In this document: one piece after another, positions 26,762 to 32,110 of the stretch
Layout of the letters: each line of letters opens with the position of its first letter
Position numbering within the stretch: position 1 is the first letter of the stretch
Assembly: GCA_046342165.1 (NCBI GenBank)
Contig: JBKDPX010000013.1
Location: 1-32,110, forward strand
Length of the DNA stretch: 32,110 bases
From: Phycisphaerales bacterium
GTDB taxonomy: Bacteria > Planctomycetota > Phycisphaerae > Phycisphaerales > UBA1924
Direction: 5' to 3'
Translations under genes and position numbers: made by a program
The notes under the pieces: generated by a model
What the model was told of the DNA's origin: nothing
What the model saw: only the letters and a program-made list of their open reading frames with translations
Database searches by the model: none

Positions 26762-27025
26762 TCAAGCGGCTTCGCGGCTTTGTGATGCCGGTTCGTCTTC
26801 GACGATCTCGAAGCCGCCGTCCTCTTCCGTCTGGAGTTTCCTCAGGCGCGAGACGCGTTCAAGGCGAAGCGAGTTCACCCGAATTCGCAGGCTGTGGATC
26901 TGCTTGTGATGTTCCAGCGTCCCGGCGATGACATGGCACATGCCAAGGCTGACAACCGCCAAGCCCAGCGCCGCAAAGACCCAAGAACTGTCGGTCAATC
27001 CCATCATCTTTTGTGTCATCGACAT
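26762..27025 (-). CDS. Hypothetical small bitopic protein (one TM helix followed by an Arg/Leu-rich helical segment)
   Basis: This is the only ORF covering this interval. It has a TM helix WVFAALGLAVVSLGMCHVIAG, then HSLRIRVNSLRLERVSRLRKLQ. No clear SD. Its stop lies 1 nt from the convergent M20 stop. Confidence 0.4.
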   Translation of the reverse strand: MSMTQKMMGLTDSSWVFAALGLAVVSLGMCHVIAGTLEHHKQIHSLRIRVNSLRLERVSRLRKLQTEEDGGFEIVEDEPASQSREAA

Positions 27026-27182
27026 TCATGCAGACGCGCTTTACCCTTTATAGAATGAAGGTCGGGTAATCTGACCCCCTCAAAGCGGTATCGGGCGGTC
27101 TCAGCTTCGCTTTCGTTGAACTCTCGGACGCACGGCGCACTCTCGCATTAATCGGTTCGGAGAAATACTCGGCTTCCTGCTC

Positions 27183-29672
27183 TTGGCTGTGATGTTGTGC
27201 TTCGGCGCGCCGTCTGTCGCTCAAGACTCATCTTCGCGGCAATCGACCGGAGAGGTGAAGATCGAGGTTGATCGTTTCGGTGTCGGCAACATCGCGCGCC
27301 GGGGTGAGTGGGTCGGCATTCGCTTGAATCTGACGGATTCGTCCGACTCGCCGCGAAACGTGATCGTTCAGGTTTCATCTCGTGATCCCGACGGGGATAC
27401 CGCGATTTCGGAGCGAGCGATTGCGTTGAATGGGGGCGAGAAGCTTTCCGTTTGGATGTACCACCGGCTCGGGTTCAACACCGGCGGGGGTATGAGTATC
27501 TCGGTGTTCGCCGCCGCGGACGGAGTGATTCGCGACGGTGCGGATCGAGATCTCCCGAGTGTGGGTGCGCGAGTCGGATTCCTTGAAATCGCTGATATCG
27601 ATGACACAGGCAATTCATCGAAGATCGCCCCCGCCGGAGTCGGATTGCTGGGACTTGTCGGGACCGCGGATTTTGATCTGCAGTCGTTCAGCAATCAGTC
27701 TGCGCCGACGGCGCCATACCTGCCGTTCGGTCATGAGATGATGGAGTTGGCGCGATCACTCACTCCGGCGGAGTTCCCGGATCGATGGCACGGGTTGGCG
27801 GGCTTCGACACGATTGTCTGGGGCAGCGGCGAGCCCGCGGAGTTGCGGACGGACAGTCGCCGCGCGCTTCGAGATTGGATCGAACGCGGCGGCCACCTCA
27901 TCGTCATTCTTCCCGCAGCCGGTCAGACATGGACGAATGAAAATCTCTCGGATCTGTACGATGCAATGCCGTTGGTATCGGTCAAGAAAGTTGAGGGGGT
28001 TGATCTTGCCGCCTCGAAGTACCTCTTCACGCATCGTGCGGGCAACCCGATGCCGAAGGATGCCACCATTCATGTGCTGACCCCCATGCAGGACACCAAG
28101 CCCGGTGAAGCCTCCGTCATTCTTCAAGATGCGGATGGTCGCCCGATCGTCGTTCGAAGAGCGATCGGCTCCGGGATGGTGACGTGGATCGGCGTGGATT
28201 TGAACCAGCGAAGTCTCGAGCGAACGGTCGAAGCGGACATCTTTTGGAATCGCATCCTCGGGCGGCGCGGCAGCACGCTCGGCGAGGCCGATCTTGTCGC
28301 CGGAGAAGACGGGACATCAAACACGACGCAAGAGGGAACTCGATTCGCGATTCGCGCACCAGTGCGCATGGATTCGAAGCTTGATATTGGAATCACAAAT
28401 CTTATATCGTTGCGGCGCGATTCGCTTCAAGGTTTGCTGATCGCTTTCGTCCTCTTCGTCGTGTATTGGATCGTCGCCGGACCCGTCGGTTATGCGATCC
28501 TGAAGTCGCGTGATCTCGGCAAGCACGCTTGGCTCGGTTTCATGGCGTGTTCCATCGTGTTCACCGCCATCGCATGGGGCGGGGCGACCTTGTTGCGCAA
28601 GCAATCCGTCGAGGCGCGGCACATCTCGATTCTCGATCATGTGTACGGACAGCCGGTCCAACGAGCGACCATGTGGGCCGGTGTCCTGATTCCTCGATAC
28701 GGCGAGGCCGGCATTCGAATCCGCCAGCAGTTCGAAACCGATCGATCGGGAAACTCAATCAGCGCTTGGGCGGACTCGCTTGAATCTGTTTGGATCACCT
28801 TCCCGGATTCCCGCGGCTATCGAACACCGGTAAGCGATCGCGTTGCGTTGTCCGTACCTGCGCGCCAGACGATCAAGAACATTCAGGTTGAATGGGCGGG
28901 CGGGCCTCCGTGGGCGATGCCGCTCCCCATGGCGCCGCCGGGCGCGACGGAAGCGGGTTCCATTCAGTTGCTTGATGAAGGAAAGTGGCGAAAGGATCGC
29001 CCGGTGTTGTCCGGCGTGCTCAAGCACAGATTTCCCGCTCCGCTTCGTAACATTCAGATCATCGTCAATAAAGGACAGTCACCGATTCGTCGGTACACCC
29101 AGTTCACGCAGCGTCGTGACGAACCGGTGTTCGATGGCTATGTGTTCAGTTATCCGAACGAATGGCGGGCCGACGAAGAGTTGGACTTGCAACTCGTGAC
29201 GCAAGCGTCCGCGATTCCCGATCTTGTGCCGTGGCTGAACTCTCTGCGTCCGAGATCGGATCGCGAATTGAGGCCGATGGATCTCGATGGCGCACAGATC
29301 ATGCAGAGTCTTCGCGGCCTGACCTTCTTTCATCATTTGCCGCCCCCTGTCGAGGAGTTGAACCAAACCGAGGTGTACGCAGCGCAGAGACACTACACGC
29401 ATCGTCTGGATCTGAGCGCATGGTTGACGCAACCGTGCGTGATCATTCTCGGTGAGGTGGGGGGTGATGCCGAGTTCGCCGCGGAATCGCCGATCGGTTT
29501 GTCAGTTGATTCGGAGGACAGCAATGCGACGGGCGTTACATTCATTCGATGGGTGTACCCGCTGCCATCGCGTCCGGCTTCGTTCGCACAGCGTTTTGAT
29601 CCGGCAAAGAGAGAGTCGACACCGTCTGACGCAAAGAACGAGTCAGACAATCGTGAGGAATCTCCGAAGTAA
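27183..29672 (+). CDS. Large hypothetical membrane protein: two large predicted extracytoplasmic domains joined by a TM hairpin, with a GATase1-like module in the N-terminal domain
   Basis: 829-aa ORF. Two predicted TM helices lie near nt 28428-28595 (LLIAFVLFVVYWIVAGPVGYAIL and LGFMACSIVFTAIAWGGATLL). The segment FDTIVWGSGEPAELRTDSRRALRDWIERGGHLIVILP resembles ThuA/GATase1-like modules. The true start is probably upstream of 27183 (see the finding at 27120-27194). Confidence 0.7.
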   Translation: MAVMLCFGAPSVAQDSSSRQSTGEVKIEVDRFGVGNIARRGEWVGIRLNLTDSSDSPRNVIVQVSSRDPDGDTAISERAIALNGGEKLSVWMYHRLGFNTGGGMSISVFAAADGVIRDGADRDLPSVGARVGFLEIADIDDTGNSSKIAPAGVGLLGLVGTADFDLQSFSNQSAPTAPYLPFGHEMMELARSLTPAEFPDRWHGLAGFDTIVWGSGEPAELRTDSRRALRDWIERGGHLIVILPAAGQTWTNENLSDLYDAMPLVSVKKVEGVDLAASKYLFTHRAGNPMPKDATIHVLTPMQDTKPGEASVILQDADGRPIVVRRAIGSGMVTWIGVDLNQRSLERTVEADIFWNRILGRRGSTLGEADLVAGEDGTSNTTQEGTRFAIRAPVRMDSKLDIGITNLISLRRDSLQGLLIAFVLFVVYWIVAGPVGYAILKSRDLGKHAWLGFMACSIVFTAIAWGGATLLRKQSVEARHISILDHVYGQPVQRATMWAGVLIPRYGEAGIRIRQQFETDRSGNSISAWADSLESVWITFPDSRGYRTPVSDRVALSVPARQTIKNIQVEWAGGPPWAMPLPMAPPGATEAGSIQLLDEGKWRKDRPVLSGVLKHRFPAPLRNIQIIVNKGQSPIRRYTQFTQRRDEPVFDGYVFSYPNEWRADEELDLQLVTQASAIPDLVPWLNSLRPRSDRELRPMDLDGAQIMQSLRGLTFFHHLPPPVEELNQTEVYAAQRHYTHRLDLSAWLTQPCVIILGEVGGDAEFAAESPIGLSVDSEDSNATGVTFIRWVYPLPSRPASFAQRFDPAKRESTPSDAKNESDNREESPK

Positions 29673-29684
29673 CGGGAACCGCAG

Positions 29685-30650
29685 ATGCCAATCGTTGAAA
29701 CCATCAACCTCACGAAGCGTTACGGCGATCTCGTCGCGCTCAACAATCTGAACCTCACCATCAATGAAGGTGATTGTTTCGGATTCATCGGCCCAAACGG
29801 TGCCGGCAAGACGACCACGATCAAAATCCTCGCCACGCTGCTCAAGCCCTCTTCCGGGCAAGCGCAGATCGCAGGGCTCACCGTCGGATATCAGAATCGT
29901 CAGATCCGTCCATTGATCGGCTATGTGCCGGATGTCATGGGCGCGTACGAAGACATGGTGGTCACGGAATATCTTGAATTCTTCGCCGCGGCGTACAACA
30001 TCCACGGGCCGCAGCGTCGCAAGGTTGTCCGCGATGTGCTTGAACTCACGGACCTCGGATACAAGTCGACCGCTGAGGTCAATTCGCTCTCCCGCGGCAT
30101 GCAGCAACGACTCAGCGTCGCGCGCGTGCTGCTGCATGATCCGAAAGTTCTCTTGATGGACGAGCCCGCTTCGGGTCTCGATCCGCGCGCTCGCATCGAG
30201 ATGAAGGAGTTGCTCAAAGAACTCCGCCGCATGGGAAAGACTATTTTGATTTCAAGCCACATCCTTCCTGAACTGGCCGAGATGTGCAATGTCGTCGGAA
30301 TCATCGAGCGCGGCCAATTGATCTTCAGTGGAGGCGTCGACGAAATCGTGCGTCGAGCGAAAGTGGGGCATGTCATTCACATCGGAGTGATGGATCGAAC
30401 CGAAGAGGCCGCGAAGGTTGTTCAAAAGCTGCCTGCCGTAAAGAAGCTCTCGATCGTCGCCGACGGTTCCGCGGATGGTGCGGGTGATGGCAAGTTGATC
30501 CATGTCAATCTTGATGATGCGTCCGCCGCGACGCTGAGCGACATACCGAATCTGCTGGTCAACGCGGGATTCCGAATCACCAAATTCACCGATGAGCCCG
30601 TGAACCTCGAAACGGCGTTCATGAAGTTGACCAAGGGGTTGGTGCAGTAG
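29685..30650 (+). CDS. ABC transporter ATP-binding protein (ABC-2/CcmA-like, with a C-terminal extra domain)
   Basis: Walker A GPNGAGKTT, signature LSRGMQQRL, Walker B LLMDEPASGLD, H-loop SSHIL. It starts 12 nt after the upstream stop. Confidence 0.9.
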   Translation: MPIVETINLTKRYGDLVALNNLNLTINEGDCFGFIGPNGAGKTTTIKILATLLKPSSGQAQIAGLTVGYQNRQIRPLIGYVPDVMGAYEDMVVTEYLEFFAAAYNIHGPQRRKVVRDVLELTDLGYKSTAEVNSLSRGMQQRLSVARVLLHDPKVLLMDEPASGLDPRARIEMKELLKELRRMGKTILISSHILPELAEMCNVVGIIERGQLIFSGGVDEIVRRAKVGHVIHIGVMDRTEEAAKVVQKLPAVKKLSIVADGSADGAGDGKLIHVNLDDASAATLSDIPNLLVNAGFRITKFTDEPVNLETAFMKLTKGLVQ

Positions 30651-30857
30651 GGGAGTAGGCAATGGGGAATGGGGAAGGGGCAATGGGGAGAGGCCAAAGG
30701 CCTTGGGCCTTAGGCCATCGATGAAGGCGAAAGAGAAACACCTGGCGCAGTTACGGCCTGGAGCCGCTTCCCTCTCCCCTACGACCTATGCCCTATTGCT
30801 TCTTCCCTATGCCCTATGCCCGTTCCCCTATCCCCTCTTCCCCGCATACTCTTCCCC
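30650..30857. repeat. Intergenic G-run / C-run inverted element with G-quadruplex-type motifs
   Basis: The left arm has five GGGG runs (30650-30688), including GGGGAATGGGGAAGGGGCAATGGGG. The right arm has ten C3-4 runs (30770-30857), including tandem CCCTATG copies. There is an exact 9-bp inverted repeat GGGGAGAGG (30685-93) / CCTCTCCCC (30771-79). In the centre, AGGCC-type heptads repeat four times (30691-30716). Confidence 0.7.
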
Positions 30858-31983
30858 ATGCACTATGACGCACATCAGCCCGTGATCAATGATCTCGAGG
30901 CGCGGATTTTGACGATCCGCGACTCTCTTTAACTACCCACAGAAAACCGCGAAGCTCCGCGAACTCGAAGAGCAAATGAACTCGCCGGAGTTCTGGAACG
31001 CGCAGGACAAAGCCCGCAAGATCGTAAATGAAAAGCGCGCGTTGTCGGCGTTGATCGATCCGTTGACGAAGGTCATCGGTCAATTCGAAGAAGCGAAGCT
31101 CGCTTATGAAATGGCGAAAGAAGCCGGCGACAAAGATCTGCTCGCCGAAGCCGATCAGTCGCTGTTCGATCTCGTCGGCATGATGGAGAAGGTCGAACTC
31201 CAATCGCTGCTCTCGGGCAAGCATGACGCGAAGAACTGCTTCCTCACGATCTCCGCCGGCGTCGGTGGCACCGAAGCCAACGACTGGGCGGACATGCTGC
31301 TGCGCATGTACATCTTCTACTGCGAGAAGATGGGCTTCGAAATCGAAGAGGTCGAAAAGTCGTACGGCACCGAAGTCGGCATCGACTCCGTGACGCTACT
31401 CGTGAAGGGTGCATTCGCGTTCGGCTACCTGCAGTGCGAGCGCGGCAGTCATCGTCTTGCTCGCGTGTCGCCCTTCAACGCGCAGGGCAAGCGTCAGACG
31501 AGCTTCTGCACCGTCGAGATCACGCCGGAGTTGGATGATGTGAACGTCGAGATTCCTGATAAGGACATCGAAGTCACGCCGTTCGTTCGCGCATCCGGTC
31601 CCGGCGGTCAGAACGTCAACAAAGTCGCATCCGCGATTCGAATCGTTCACAAGCCCACCGGCATCATGGTGGTCGCATCGACATATCGAGATCAGCCCCA
31701 AAACAAAAAGCAGGCGTTGGCGGTTCTTCAGGCCAAGCTCGAACAGCTCGCCGATGAGCAGCGCGAGAAGGAATTGGCCGCCGCTACGGGTGGTGCCGTG
31801 GATCGTGGGTGGGGCACCCAGATCCGGTCGTACGTCTTCTACGACAACCGGGTGAAGGATCACCGGACCGGCTACGAGGAAACCGACTACGAGGCCGTCC
31901 TCAGGGGCGAAATCGCGCCGTTTATTGACGCCGAACTGAAAAGACGGCGTGCTGAACGAGAGAAAAGCGCATCCGGCAGGTGA
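30858..31983 (+). CDS. prfB: Peptide chain release factor 2, requiring a programmed +1 ribosomal frameshift
   Basis: Frame 0 spans 30858-30929 and encodes MHYDAHQPVINDLEARILTIRDSL, ending at an in-frame TAA (30930-32). The +1 frame from 30931 reads NYPQKTAKLRELEEQMNSPEFWN..., continuing into track ORF 30976-31983. That ORF carries the RF2-specific SPF motif (RVSPFNAQ) and GGQ (SGPGGQNVN). The junction aligns with the ...RGSL/D... region of RF2 proteins as I recall them. Confidence 0.9.
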
Positions 31984-32003
31984 TTTGGGCCGATCACAAG
32001 GCA

Positions 32004-32027
32004 CCCTCGGGTGAATAGACCCGAGGG
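32004..32027 (+). terminator. Hairpin downstream of prfB (weak terminator candidate)
   Basis: An 8-bp stem CCCTCGGG (32004-11) / CCCGAGGG (32020-27) with an 8-nt loop. There is no following T-tract. Confidence 0.3.
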
Positions 32028-32110
32028 ATCGAGTCGGCCTACTGTTATGGACCTGGTCGGTCGTATGTTCGTCCGGCCCTGCTTCGAATTAAACTGATCA
32101 CACAGTCTGC

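Noticed and set aside
30703-30885. 60-aa ORF (TTG start) within the G-run/C-run element
   Set aside because: Its Pro/Tyr/Leu-rich sequence is simply the translation of the C-run repeats. It has a non-ATG start, no SD, and it overlaps the prfB frame-0 start.
30889-30912. Mini-ORF ATG ATC TCG AGG CGC GGA TTT TGA in the same frame as the RF2 body, ending in TTT TGA C; considered as an alternative recoding site (UGA readthrough) for prfB
   Set aside because: Readthrough would give an N-terminus (MISRRGF-X-RSATLF...) with no resemblance to RF2. The frame-0 ORF from 30858 joined by a +1 shift at CTT TAA C reproduces the conserved RF2 N-terminal helix and junction.
1-32110. CRISPR arrays, transposases/IS elements, reverse transcriptases (retron/DGR), toxin-antitoxin pairs, rRNA genes
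   Set aside because: I looked for regularly spaced direct repeats, DDE/serine/tyrosine recombinase motifs, YxDD reverse-transcriptase motifs and small adjacent ORF pairs, and found none. The only repeat-rich segment is 30650-30857, which lacks CRISPR-like periodic spacers.

Overview
This is a GC-rich bacterial chromosomal window, most likely Planctomycetota. The basis for that guess is two prepilin-type AFTLIELL proteins, one carrying the H-X9-DG / DUF1559 signature. Nearly all long antisense ORFs in the track look like GC-driven shadow ORFs.

Gene order, left to right:
- SNF2 helicase with a long N-terminal region
- secreted transglutaminase-like protein whose catalytic Cys and His are both Ser
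- GspG-like pseudopilin
- tRNA-Pro(CGG) with a terminator
- Zn alcohol dehydrogenase
- alpha/beta esterase (minus strand)
- GyrI-like protein
- DCC-family thiol oxidoreductase (minus strand)
- secreted M60-like metallopeptidase, apparently co-transcribed with a patatin-like phospholipase
- an operon of a trans-sulfuration PLP enzyme, a compact aspartokinase-homoserine dehydrogenase fusion, and asd
- an imuA-imuB-dnaE2 mutagenesis cassette followed by an SRAP (MCGRF) gene
- a small membrane protein plus a DUF1559 pseudopilin
- M20 peptidase
- an 829-aa bitopic membrane protein plus an ABC ATPase
- prfB

Several signals are not captured by the ORF track:
1. A SAM-I-clan riboswitch with a promoter, a pseudoknot and an explicit start-codon sequestering / anti-sequestering platform, upstream of the met/asd operon.
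2. A consensus-like promoter whose -10 box sits in the spacer of a perfect 20-bp palindrome directly upstream of imuA. This is a candidate SOS operator with unusual geometry, and the transcript would be nearly leaderless.
3. prfB requires a +1 frameshift at CTT TAA C, that is UAA rather than the canonical UGA, and has no SD-like stimulator.
4. A 208-bp G-run / C-run inverted element with canonical G-quadruplex motifs exactly fills the ABC-prfB intergenic space.
5. The aspartokinase-homoserine dehydrogenase fusion has no room for ACT regulatory domains.

I found no CRISPR array, IS element, integrase or recognisable multi-gene defence system. All functional calls rest on motif recognition by eye, not on database searches.
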